Shown piece by piece: positions 54,780 through 63,681 of a DNA stretch of 64,000 nt; positions within the stretch are counted from its first letter, which is position 1, and each line of letters starts with the position of its first letter. Origin of the DNA: Pseudomonadota bacterium (GTDB lineage Bacteria > Pseudomonadota > Gammaproteobacteria > Steroidobacterales > Woeseiaceae); NCBI GenBank assembly GCA_039821605.1, contig JBCBNV010000005.1, forward strand, positions 280,849 through 344,848, read 5' to 3'. The notes beneath the pieces were generated by a model, which was given only the letters and a program-made list of their open reading frames with translations, was not told the origin of the DNA and did no database searches. A program made the translations under genes and the position numbers.

Positions 54780-55811
54780 TCAGGGTTTGAAGTCGACGGG
54801 CTGGCGATCGAAAGTCACCTCACGCATACGTTCGAGGACATCCACACCGAGCTGCGCCCAGACATCGAGCAGGTCAATGAGTACCCAGTTCTCGCGGATC
54901 TGGCCGTTCTCACAGCGCCAGAGATCGAGGCTCGAAAAGTGAATCTCGCGGTTAGACGGGCTAATCCCCATCCAACCATCGCCCGATACCGTCGCGTGCA
55001 TCGCGGGCCAGCCGCAGAACGCCACGTAGTCGCCGTCGGCGAAATAGCAGTCGTAGCCACCTGCCTTTGTGTCCGATGAGCGGTCGGGCAGGCTTTTGAG
55101 AAACGGAATCTGGTGCCAGTTCCGAAACCCCGACAGGCGGCGGTTGGCGCCAATGCCGGCGGGCCCGTACCAGTTCATCTTGGGGTGCCAGAATTGCTCG
55201 AGATTCATGGCCTCGGGGCCGCCCTCGGCGAAGCGCGAGAGTCCATTGATCATGTCATTGACGAGTTTCATGCTGGCCGCACTGTGCACCGGGTCGCTGT
55301 CGCCGCGGACAATACCGGCATGCGAGGCCGGACCTGGCACAAGCAACTCAACACCCAGACTGGGCGCCAGGGGCCAGGCGCGCGCCTGCATCATGACCGC
55401 CGGGATGTCCCAGAGCAGGCGCAGGTCCGAAATACGATCGTCGCGGAAGCCGAAGAACTCGATGTAGCGCATGTGCACGAAGTGGCGCGTCGCGGGTATG
55501 TCGAGCCAGGGCCGCTCGAACACGCCAGAGTAGTAGCCGCCGCAACCGATCCAGTCCTTACCCTGGTCGTGCGCGCCGATGACAATGTAGTCGCGACGCT
55601 CAAGGTCAGGGATCGCCGCAAGCAAGGGCGCATAGCCTGTCTCGAACAGCGCTGCCGGACCCTTCACTCGCCCCAGAGGGTGTGCGAGCTGTACATCGCA
55701 GTCGAGCGAACACAATGCTGAGAGTTGATCGGGAAGCGCCGCCGCATCGCAGTCGTAGAGCGCGCTACGGTAGTCCTCGAAGAACGCTTTTCTCGCGCCG
55801 ATGCCGGTCAT
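54780..55811 (-). CDS. Tandem SnoaL/NTF2-like protein
   Basis: 343 aa in two halves, each ending in the family's terminal strand (RISDLRLLWDIPAVMMQ; IRENWVLIDLLDVWAQLG). Confidence 0.65.
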   Translation of the reverse strand: MTGIGARKAFFEDYRSALYDCDAAALPDQLSALCSLDCDVQLAHPLGRVKGPAALFETGYAPLLAAIPDLERRDYIVIGAHDQGKDWIGCGGYYSGVFERPWLDIPATRHFVHMRYIEFFGFRDDRISDLRLLWDIPAVMMQARAWPLAPSLGVELLVPGPASHAGIVRGDSDPVHSAASMKLVNDMINGLSRFAEGGPEAMNLEQFWHPKMNWYGPAGIGANRRLSGFRNWHQIPFLKSLPDRSSDTKAGGYDCYFADGDYVAFCGWPAMHATVSGDGWMGISPSNREIHFSSLDLWRCENGQIRENWVLIDLLDVWAQLGVDVLERMREVTFDRQPVDFKP

Positions 55812-56674
55812 TTCAAGTACTCCAGGAACAGGGCCACATCCGCGTCTGCGGCGGCCTCGCGGCGGTCTGTCGCAAAGTAGTGATCGGACTCCGGGTACAA
55901 CGATAGGGCATGCAAGCGCCCGGCATCGGCAAGTGCGCGCGCAAAGGTCAGGCTATTGGTGGCCCGGGTCGCCGTATCGCCGACGGCGTGGTGCACGATG
56001 ACAGGGCCGTCGAGCCCGTCGAGCTGGTCGGCGAGGCCGTCCACGTTCATCGTGGCCCAGAACGAGGCCGCGCGCACATCGTCGGTTGCTAGCAGCACGC
56101 GCAGCGCCACGCTGCCACCCATGGAGTGCGACCAGAAGAACACGTTGTTCGCATCGGCCTGTTCGAGCTGGTCGATAGACGACAGCAGGGCCGCGACGTC
56201 CTCGGCGTAATAGTCCACGGACTGATCGTACTGCGGATCAACAAAGGCAAAGCCCTCGGAGCTGTTGTGCCCCCGGTAGTCGGGAATCACAGTCAGGAAG
56301 CCGCGCGTCGCGAACAGTCCAGGTACTGAGCGATAGTAGTCACCCGGCCGGGCATCCACGCCGCCGCTTGTGATGCCGTAGCGTCGCGGGTCCGGTACGT
56401 AGCCGTGATTTGCAACAACGACGGGAAAGCCAGCCGCAGGCGCCGGCGTATCCGGCACGGCCACCATCGCGTGCAGCTTCAGGCCCGCGTGCTCGTATGC
56501 GACGAGGTAGGCCGAGTAGCCTGCCTCTGCCTCGAGCGGCCGCACCCGCTCAAGCGTCACATCAAACACATGCTCGCGCAGCGCATCGATGCTCATGGGC
56601 GGCGGCCGCGGATCGGCCGCGCAGGCCTGAGCCGCCAGCACCGTCAGGGCCAGCGCGACACCCATGGCCCGCAT
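55808..56674 (-). CDS. Secreted alpha/beta hydrolase (S9 / dienelactone-hydrolase-like)
   Basis: Start at ATG 56674 (TGATG overlap with the upstream stop). The signal peptide is MRAMGVALALTVLAAQACA. The nucleophile elbow is WSHSMGG. Confidence 0.72.
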   Translation of the reverse strand: MRAMGVALALTVLAAQACAADPRPPPMSIDALREHVFDVTLERVRPLEAEAGYSAYLVAYEHAGLKLHAMVAVPDTPAPAAGFPVVVANHGYVPDPRRYGITSGGVDARPGDYYRSVPGLFATRGFLTVIPDYRGHNSSEGFAFVDPQYDQSVDYYAEDVAALLSSIDQLEQADANNVFFWSHSMGGSVALRVLLATDDVRAASFWATMNVDGLADQLDGLDGPVIVHHAVGDTATRATNSLTFARALADAGRLHALSLYPESDHYFATDRREAAADADVALFLEYLK

Positions 56675-58281
56675 CAGATCAACGCCTCGAAGGCGTACAG
56701 GAACACGATCGTAAAGACAAAGAACACGAGCAGCCACCAGCTCACACGGTCGATCTTGCCGGGCACGAGGTACCAGCCATTTTCCATCTCGGGCAGGCCT
56801 TTTTCACGAAACTCGCGTTGCTGGCCCGGGATCGAGTAAGCCGACCATTCAGCTTGCGGGCCATCGATGAGCCGGCTCGCCACGAGCGACACGATGATGT
56901 TCACGCCGCCACCGATGACGCAGTACCAGGGCCAGGCGATGTCCGTCTGCGTGGCGACGAGCCAGATCATGATAAAGCCGACGGCAACGCCGGCAAGCAG
57001 ACCCTTCTCCGTGGTCTGCTTCGAGAAAAAGCCGAGGCCGAACATGCTCAGCTTGGCACCCACGAAATAGGAGCCGATCTGCGACAGCGTGCGCAGGATC
57101 GAACCCTCGCTGTTCACGTACAACATCGCCGGCACGATAATGAGCACGGCCCAGAGCACCGTGAAGCCGCGCGTGACCGTGAGGTAGTGCTCGGGCGACG
57201 CGTCCCTCTTGTAGTAGCGCTGGTAGAAGTCGATTGTCGAAATCGTGGCCAGCGAGTTGAAGGCCGAGTCGAGCGACGACATCGAGGCCGCAACCACCGC
57301 CGCGGCGATGATCCCCATGAGTCCCGGCAGTCCATAGTCCGTCGCGAAGCTCAGGATAATCGTATTGCCGTCGTCAAACTCCTGGCCGCCGTAATAGCCG
57401 TAGAAGAGGATGCCGAGCACGAAGAACAGGAAGTAGATGAAGAATGCGACGAAGCCCATAAGCAGGAACGACTTCTTGGCGTCGCCGATGTTCTTGGCGG
57501 CCAGTGTCCGCTGAACCATCATCTGGTTGGCGCCGTACACCGTCACGTGGAATATCGTCATGGCAAACACGCCCGACCACACTGTGGCCTCAAGCGTGAA
57601 GTCCATCGACAGGTCCAGCGGATTCGTCTTGCCGGCGGCCTTGAGGCTGTCGAGCACCTCCCCGAGTGGGGCCGGCATGTTGTTGATGAGCGCAAAGAAG
57701 ATGATCAGGGCGCCCACGAGCAGCACGCCCGCCTGAATCACGTCGGTCCAGATCACCGCCGTAATGCCGCCCATCATCGTATAGATGAGTGCGATGATGG
57801 TGACCATGACGATGGCCAGCTTCACATCGACGCCCGTGATGAACTGAATGACCAGTGCAGTCGCGTAGAGCACGGCGGCCGAGGTCAGCGCCTGCGAGAC
57901 GAGGAACACGGCCGAGATCACCGCGCGCGAGGTCGGGCCAAAGCGCTGCTCCATGTAATCGTAGATCGACGCCACGCCGGAGTTGAAGAAGAACGGCAGA
58001 AAGATCGTGATCACGAGGAAGATCACGATCGGATAGTTAAGATGGATCGCGATGACAGCGATGCTCTCGGAGTAGGCCCAGGCCGGGCCACCCAGGAACG
58101 ACAGCGCGCTCACGTAGGTCGCAATGACCGAGATGCCGATAGCCCACCAGGGTGTCGTACGCCGCCCAAGGTAGAAGTCCTCAGCCGTTTCGACTCTCTT
58201 GCTGAGCACCCAGCCCAGCAGCAGATTCAAAAGCACATAGGTGACGAGGATGATCCAGTTGAGCGTACCGAATTCAGCCAT
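56674..58281 (-). CDS. Sodium:solute symporter family transporter, substrate unknown
   Basis: 535 aa with about 13 TM segments and FYLGRRTTPWWAIGISVIATYVSALSFLGGPAWAY. Confidence 0.85.
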   Translation of the reverse strand: MAEFGTLNWIILVTYVLLNLLLGWVLSKRVETAEDFYLGRRTTPWWAIGISVIATYVSALSFLGGPAWAYSESIAVIAIHLNYPIVIFLVITIFLPFFFNSGVASIYDYMEQRFGPTSRAVISAVFLVSQALTSAAVLYATALVIQFITGVDVKLAIVMVTIIALIYTMMGGITAVIWTDVIQAGVLLVGALIIFFALINNMPAPLGEVLDSLKAAGKTNPLDLSMDFTLEATVWSGVFAMTIFHVTVYGANQMMVQRTLAAKNIGDAKKSFLLMGFVAFFIYFLFFVLGILFYGYYGGQEFDDGNTIILSFATDYGLPGLMGIIAAAVVAASMSSLDSAFNSLATISTIDFYQRYYKRDASPEHYLTVTRGFTVLWAVLIIVPAMLYVNSEGSILRTLSQIGSYFVGAKLSMFGLGFFSKQTTEKGLLAGVAVGFIMIWLVATQTDIAWPWYCVIGGGVNIIVSLVASRLIDGPQAEWSAYSIPGQQREFREKGLPEMENGWYLVPGKIDRVSWWLLVFFVFTIVFLYAFEALI

Positions 58282-58308
58282 GGGCGCGTCTTCCTGCCAG
58301 GGTTCTCG

Positions 58309-59043
58309 TTATTGCGCGGTCCAGCCGCCGTCGACACGCAGACTATGGCCCGTGACCATGCCTGAGGCCGGTGCGACCAGGTACAGAACGGCCTGCACGA
58401 TGTCGTCGAGCGAGGCCAGCTTGCCCATCGGGATCATGCCAAACACGAAGTCGCGGAACGCCGGGTTGTCGAGCATGGGCTTGGTCATGGGCGTTTCCAC
58501 GAAGGTGGGCGCGATCGTGTTGACTCGGATACCGTGGGGCGCGAGCTCGACGGCCATCGCCTTCGTGAGCCCTTCAACGGCGTGCTTGGTCATGCAGTAC
58601 ACACTGCGGTTCGGCGAACCCACGTGACCCATCTGGGACGACATGTTGATGATCGCGCCGGGGCCGCCCGCCCGCAGCATGGCCTGCGCGGCAGCCTGCG
58701 CGACCCGAAACGCCGCCCGCACATTGAGGTCGAGCACGAAATCCAGTGACTCCGTATCGACCTCGACGAAGGGCTGTGGCCGGTTGGCGCCTGCGTTGTT
58801 GACGAGGATTGACAGGCCTTCGATCTCAGCGACACGTGCCACGAAAGCGTCCTCGGTGACGTCGCCCGTCCAGATCTCTATCCGGCCCGAACTGCGGGCA
58901 GCAAGCGCCTCGAGGTCGGAGAGCGTGCGCGCTGTCGCAATGACTTGGGCGCCCGCTTCGGCCAGCCCCTCGGCGCAAGCGCGGCCCAGCCCACGACCGG
59001 CCCCCGTGACGAGCGCGAGCTGTCCTGACAGGCTTTCAGACAT
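58309..59043 (-). CDS. SDR-family oxidoreductase
   Basis: I prefer ATG 59043 over the listed TTG 59055. Motifs: VTGAGRGLGRA, NNAG, YCMTK. Confidence 0.85.
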   Translation of the reverse strand: MSESLSGQLALVTGAGRGLGRACAEGLAEAGAQVIATARTLSDLEALAARSSGRIEIWTGDVTEDAFVARVAEIEGLSILVNNAGANRPQPFVEVDTESLDFVLDLNVRAAFRVAQAAAQAMLRAGGPGAIINMSSQMGHVGSPNRSVYCMTKHAVEGLTKAMAVELAPHGIRVNTIAPTFVETPMTKPMLDNPAFRDFVFGMIPMGKLASLDDIVQAVLYLVAPASGMVTGHSLRVDGGWTAQ

Positions 59044-59055
59044 GTTCGGCGCCAA

Positions 59056-59073
59056 ATTGCATACGAATGCAAT
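59056..59073. promoter_or_regulatory. Candidate LacI-family operator in a divergent promoter
   Basis: ATTGCAT acga ATGCAAT has perfect 7-bp arms around a CG-containing centre. It lies 12 nt from the SDR start and 21 nt from the LacI start. Confidence 0.5.
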
Positions 59074-59094
59074 ACTGCCTACTATCCGGCGACA

Positions 59095-60177
59095 ATGAAA
59101 GCCGGCAAGCTATCGCGGCGTATGAACAAGACACGAAGAACCAAGGACAAACGGAGCAAGTCGGGCAAGAAGCGTGCGACCTCCTACGATGTCGCAGAGC
59201 TGGCCGGCGTCTCGCAATCGGCAGTGTCCCGGGTCTTTCAGGACGGCGCCAGCGCATCGAAAGCCATGCGCGAACGGGTCATGGCCGCCGCCGATAAACT
59301 CGGCTACAGGCCCAACGCAATTGCGCGCGGTCTGATCACGCAGCGCTCCAACATGGTCGCCGTTGTGATCTCCAAGCTCACCAACCTCTACTACCCGGAA
59401 GTGCTCGTGCAGCTCACACAGCGCTTCTCGGAACGCAACGTGCGCGTGCTGTTATTCGCATTGGAGCGCGAGAGCGATACGGGCAGTGTGGTCGAGCAAA
59501 TGCTGCAATACCGTGTCGACGGCGTTATCACAGCCGCCATGTTTACGCCCGAACAACTGCGCACCATCGAAAGCGCCCACATCCCAGTCGTGTTCTACAA
59601 CCGGACGTCGCGTGAGCCGCTCGTGAGCTCCGTTCGTTGTGACCAGGAGGCCGGAGAGCGTTGGCTCGTCGACGAACTGGTTCGCGCCGGGCACCGGTCA
59701 TTCGGCGTCGTCGAGGGCCCCGAAGACTCGGTGGTGAGCATAGAACGCAAGATGGGCGCCCTGAACGAGCTCGCCCAGCTCGGTATCACCGACGTCACGA
59801 CCGTCAGCGGCGACTTTGGCTACGAGACGGGCCGGGCCTGTTTCTCGGAACTCGTGGAGCGGCGCGGCAACGTACCCGATGCCATCATCGCGGCCAACGA
59901 CGTCATGGCCATCGGCTGCATCGACGAGGCACGCGAGGGGCATGGTCTGATCGTGCCCGAAGACATTTCTATCGTCGGCTTCGACGGGGTCGGCCCGGCA
60001 CGCTACGCAGCCTATGAAGTCACCACGGTGCGCCAACCTGTGCAACGCATGACGGAATCGGCGGCATCGATGCTGCTCGAGCGCATCGAGCGGCCTGAGC
60101 TTTCGCCCGAGAAGCGGGCGTTCTCGGGCATTCCCATTCGCGGCGGCTCGGCCCGGCTGCTCAAGACCGGCGACTAG
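59095..60177 (+). CDS. LacI/GalR-family transcriptional regulator
   Basis: A Lys/Arg-rich N-terminal extension, the HTH ATSYDVAELAGVSQSAVSRVF, and an effector domain. Confidence 0.85.
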   Translation: MKAGKLSRRMNKTRRTKDKRSKSGKKRATSYDVAELAGVSQSAVSRVFQDGASASKAMRERVMAAADKLGYRPNAIARGLITQRSNMVAVVISKLTNLYYPEVLVQLTQRFSERNVRVLLFALERESDTGSVVEQMLQYRVDGVITAAMFTPEQLRTIESAHIPVVFYNRTSREPLVSSVRCDQEAGERWLVDELVRAGHRSFGVVEGPEDSVVSIERKMGALNELAQLGITDVTTVSGDFGYETGRACFSELVERRGNVPDAIIAANDVMAIGCIDEAREGHGLIVPEDISIVGFDGVGPARYAAYEVTTVRQPVQRMTESAASMLLERIERPELSPEKRAFSGIPIRGGSARLLKTGD

Positions 60178-60180
60178 GAA

Positions 60181-60906
60181 GTGCCGGCGCCCGCCGTGGT
60201 CTACCTGCCGGGCATGATGTGCGACGCGCGGCTGTGGACGCCGCAGACCGACGCGCTGCCCTACCCCGCATTGCACGCTGACACCACGCGCGCCGACAAC
60301 TTCGCCGACATGGCAGCGCAGGTGCTCGAGGCCGCGCCGCCCGAGTTTGCGCTTGTGGGATTGTCTATGGGTGGCATTCTGGCTTTTGAGGTCTGGCGCC
60401 AGGTCCGCGAGCGTGTCACCCACCTCGCGCTGCTCGACACCAACCCGTACGCCGAGGCGCCCGAGCGGCAATCGCTGCGACTCGAACAGATCGACATTGC
60501 GTTGTCGGGCGGCCTGCGCACGCTGGCCGTCGAGTCGATGAAGCCGCTCTACCTTGCTGAATCGCAGCGCGACAATGAGGCGCTGCTCAACCTGCTGCTC
60601 GACATGGCGCTCACACTCGGGCCCGAAGTGTTTGAGCGCCAGTCGATTGCCCTTCGCGGCCGTGCGGACAGTGCTGCGACGCTCCCCACCATCGAGTGCC
60701 CGACGCTCGTGCTGTGCGGCGCCGAAGATAAGTTGTGCCCCGTTGGCTATCATCAATTTATGGCCAATGCGATTCCCGGGGCACGGCTGGAGATCATCGA
60801 AGACTGCGGGCACATCGCCACGCTGGAACAACCCGCGGCCGTTACGGCGGCACTCGCAAAGCTACTTGCGCAACCGCCATCTCGAACAACAACAGGAACA
60901 TCATGA
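60181..60906 (+). CDS. Alpha/beta hydrolase
   Basis: The GTG start lies 3 nt after the LacI stop; an in-frame TAG prevents extension. Motifs: VVYLPGMMCDARLW, nucleophile elbow GLSMGG, late DCGH. Confidence 0.72.
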   Translation: MPAPAVVYLPGMMCDARLWTPQTDALPYPALHADTTRADNFADMAAQVLEAAPPEFALVGLSMGGILAFEVWRQVRERVTHLALLDTNPYAEAPERQSLRLEQIDIALSGGLRTLAVESMKPLYLAESQRDNEALLNLLLDMALTLGPEVFERQSIALRGRADSAATLPTIECPTLVLCGAEDKLCPVGYHQFMANAIPGARLEIIEDCGHIATLEQPAAVTAALAKLLAQPPSRTTTGTS

Positions 60907-62048
60907 AAACGAGCCAGGACCGCATCTTGACGACACATGTCGGCAGCCTGCCCCGGTCGCAGGCCGTGACCGACGCTGTTTTTGCTGCGGAGCGCGGCGA
61001 CCCCGTCAGCGACGCGGGCCGCACCATCCGCGATGCCGTGGCCGAGGTGGTGGCACGACAGGTCGAGTGCGGCGTGGATGTGGTCAGCGACGGCGAGATG
61101 AGCAAGATCAGCTACGCCACCTACATCAAGGACCGCATCACGGGCTTCGACGGCGACAGTGCGCGCGAGCCGCCAAGCGATCTCGAGGACTACCCGAGCT
61201 TCCTGAAGCGCCTTGCCGACTCAGGTGGCACACCGACCTACCGCCGGCCTTGCTGCGTGGGCGAAATTCGCGTCAAGGACATGCAGCCCGTGTCCGACGA
61301 CATCGATAACATGCAGGCCGCGATGACCGCGGCGCCGCCCGTCGAGGGTTTCATGAACGCTGCTTCGCCGGGCGTCATCGCGCTGTTTCAGCCCAACCGG
61401 CACTACGACAGCCACGAGGGTTACCTCATCGCGCTGGCCGAAGCGATGCGGGCCGAATACCGGGCCATCGTCGACGCAGGTCTTGTCCTGCAGCTTGACT
61501 CGCCGGACTTGGGGCTGGGCCGGCATATGATGTTCAAAGGCAAACCCGACGCTGAGTACGTCGCCCAGGCGACGCTGCATGTGGAGGCACTGAACGCCGC
61601 GCTTGAGGGCATTCCCCGGGATCGCGTGCGCCTGCATGTTTGCTGGGGCAACTACGAGGGGCCGCACCACCACGATGCGCCTATGGAGCTCGTGTTGCCC
61701 ATTGCACTCAAGGCACATATAGGTGGACTGCTGTTCGAGTCCTCGAACCCGCGCCATGCACACGAGTGGGAGGTGTTCGCGAACACGAACCTGCCCGAAG
61801 ACCTCATCCTGATTCCGGGCGTACTCGACTCGACCACGAACTTCGTGGAGCACCCCAAGCTTGTCGCCGAGCGAATCTGCCGCTATGCGGACATCGTGGG
61901 CCGCGACCGCGTCATCGCCGGCACGGACTGTGGGTTCTCGACGTTTGCAGGCTTCGGTGCCGTCGACGAGAACATCGTCTATGCCAAGCTCGCGAGCATG
62001 GCAGAGGGCGCCGCACGGGCCAGCGATCAGCTCTGGGGGCGCGCATGA
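60903..62048 (+). CDS. Cobalamin-independent methionine-synthase-like (MetE C-terminal / COG0620) family protein
   Basis: I moved the start to ATG 60903 (ATGA overlap). Motifs: MKTSQDRILTTHVGSLPRS, HVCWGN, GTDCGF. Confidence 0.72.
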   Translation: MKTSQDRILTTHVGSLPRSQAVTDAVFAAERGDPVSDAGRTIRDAVAEVVARQVECGVDVVSDGEMSKISYATYIKDRITGFDGDSAREPPSDLEDYPSFLKRLADSGGTPTYRRPCCVGEIRVKDMQPVSDDIDNMQAAMTAAPPVEGFMNAASPGVIALFQPNRHYDSHEGYLIALAEAMRAEYRAIVDAGLVLQLDSPDLGLGRHMMFKGKPDAEYVAQATLHVEALNAALEGIPRDRVRLHVCWGNYEGPHHHDAPMELVLPIALKAHIGGLLFESSNPRHAHEWEVFANTNLPEDLILIPGVLDSTTNFVEHPKLVAERICRYADIVGRDRVIAGTDCGFSTFAGFGAVDENIVYAKLASMAEGAARASDQLWGRA

Positions 62049-62803
62049 GCGGCCGCATCGAATCGTTCCGTAGCCGGCTCGTCGATGGCGCACCGATCAT
62101 GGGCACATTTATGAAGACGCCCTCGCCCGTGGTGGCCGAGGTGCTCGGGCTGTCGTCGCTCGATGTCGTCACCATCGACAGTGAGCACGCCCCGTTCGGC
62201 CGCAGCGAGACGGATCTGTGCCTCGCCGCCTACCGGGCGGCCGACATGCCCAGTCTCGTTCGCACCGCAGATGATTCCGCACGCGAGATTCGCAACGCGC
62301 TCGACAGCGGTGCAAGCGGCATCCTCGTGCCTCACGTCACGAGCGCGGCACAAGCCGAGCGTATCGTGCGCGCCAGCCACTTTGGCGATGGTGGACGCGG
62401 GTTTGCAGGTTCACCGCGCGCGGCGGGCTACGGCACGCTGGGCATGGCCGAGAATCTTGAGGCCAGCCGCCAGCACACGAGCGTCGTCCTGCAAATTGAA
62501 GACCTCGCCGCGCTCGATCAGGTGCCCGACATCGCCGCTGTCGAGGGCGTCGACGCCCTGTTCGTCGGCCGCGCTGACCTTGCGGTCGCCATGCAGCTCG
62601 CGCCCGGTGATGCAGCGGTCGTCGAGGCGGTTGAGAAGATCTGCCGGCAGTGCCGTGACGCGGGCGTGGCGGTTGGGATGTTCACGCCCGACCTGGCCGA
62701 GCTGCCGAGCTGGCGTGAGCTTGGCGCGAGCCTGTTCCTGCTCAAGTCCGACCACGTCTTCTTGCTCGCCGGCGCCAATCAGCTGTCCGACGCGATCCGA
62801 TAG
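62045..62803 (+). CDS. HpcH/HpaI-family class II aldolase
   Basis: I moved the start to ATG 62045 (ATGA overlap). Motifs: GTFMKTPSPVVAEVLGLSSLDVVTIDSEHAP, ILVPHV, QIED, DALFVGRADL. Confidence 0.8.
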   Translation: MSGRIESFRSRLVDGAPIMGTFMKTPSPVVAEVLGLSSLDVVTIDSEHAPFGRSETDLCLAAYRAADMPSLVRTADDSAREIRNALDSGASGILVPHVTSAAQAERIVRASHFGDGGRGFAGSPRAAGYGTLGMAENLEASRQHTSVVLQIEDLAALDQVPDIAAVEGVDALFVGRADLAVAMQLAPGDAAVVEAVEKICRQCRDAGVAVGMFTPDLAELPSWRELGASLFLLKSDHVFLLAGANQLSDAIR

Positions 62804-63681
62804 AACGCGCGCGCCGTACCGCCGAACAATCGGTCCTGATCAGACTGAGTCAGCGGCGCCGCGATCGTCTCGTAAGCACCCCAAATAGCCGCGTAGCTTG
62901 CATGGAGTTTGTCGACGGGAAAGTTCGAACCGAACATCGCGCGCGCGGGACCGAACACCTCGATGCAGGTTTCGACGATGGGCCGAATCGAGTCGGTGTT
63001 CCAGTCGTGGTCGAACATGCCGAGCCCCGAGATCTTGCACGACACATTGGGTAACGCCGCCAGCAGCTCAAGCCCTTCACGCCAGGCGCTCAAGCCCGCC
63101 GCCGTCTGGTTCCAGGGCGACCCGCAATGGCAGAGTGCGACCGGCGTATTCGGCGTCTCGGCGAGCACCTCGGCTGCAACCGCCATTTGGCCCGGTGTAA
63201 GTTGCAGGTCAAAGCTCAATCCCATCGCGCCCAGCGCGGCCAGGTGTTCGCGCCAGCGCACATCATTGAGCAGGCTGCCACTACCTGTGACAGCGTCCTC
63301 GGCGTCGGAGCGTCCAATGATCTGCCGAAGCCCCCGAAACCTCGGGTACGCAGCATGTTCTTCGATGACGCGCGGCGCGTCGGCACGATCGAGATCGCAG
63401 TAGGCGACAATGGCATCGGGCAATCCGCAAGCGTCAGCGATCGACTGCACCCAGCGCGTTTCGTGAACAACGTCCTCGGGCGACACGCCGACCTGGATGT
63501 GCACCGATGCTTCGATCTCGTAGGGCGCGGCGTCGGCGCGCAGGTCGTCGACGCCGTAGTCTTGCTGAATCGGCGTCGGGTCACCGAAAAACCGGCGCAC
63601 GCCTTTGGCCATGAGCCACGGGTAATGGCAGACCGATAGGTCCCAGAGGTGGTGGTGCGCGTCGACGACCCGGCGACTCAA
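62779..63681 (-). CDS. Amidohydrolase-2 (COG3618-like TIM-barrel metal hydrolase)
   Basis: 300 aa starting VVDAHHHLW. Only TTG 63681 is available as a start, and it overlaps the upstream TGA (TTGA). It overlaps the convergent aldolase 3' end by 25 nt. Confidence 0.8.
   Translation of the reverse strand: MSRRVVDAHHHLWDLSVCHYPWLMAKGVRRFFGDPTPIQQDYGVDDLRADAAPYEIEASVHIQVGVSPEDVVHETRWVQSIADACGLPDAIVAYCDLDRADAPRVIEEHAAYPRFRGLRQIIGRSDAEDAVTGSGSLLNDVRWREHLAALGAMGLSFDLQLTPGQMAVAAEVLAETPNTPVALCHCGSPWNQTAAGLSAWREGLELLAALPNVSCKISGLGMFDHDWNTDSIRPIVETCIEVFGPARAMFGSNFPVDKLHASYAAIWGAYETIAAPLTQSDQDRLFGGTARAFYRIASDS

Noticed and set aside
56410-58365. 651-aa plus-strand ORF across the SSF symporter and hydrolase genes
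   Set aside because: It is a shadow frame antisense to a well-supported 13-TM symporter, with extreme Arg/His/Asp/Glu composition and no motifs. The same reasoning applies to 27077..28477, 37481..38959, 22958..24169, 16004..17140, 4800..5849, 21612..22760, 48173..49219, 50642..51877, 59698..60831, 61221..62093, 31977..32939, 12492..13274, 13293..13961, 19491..20504 and 42428..43393.
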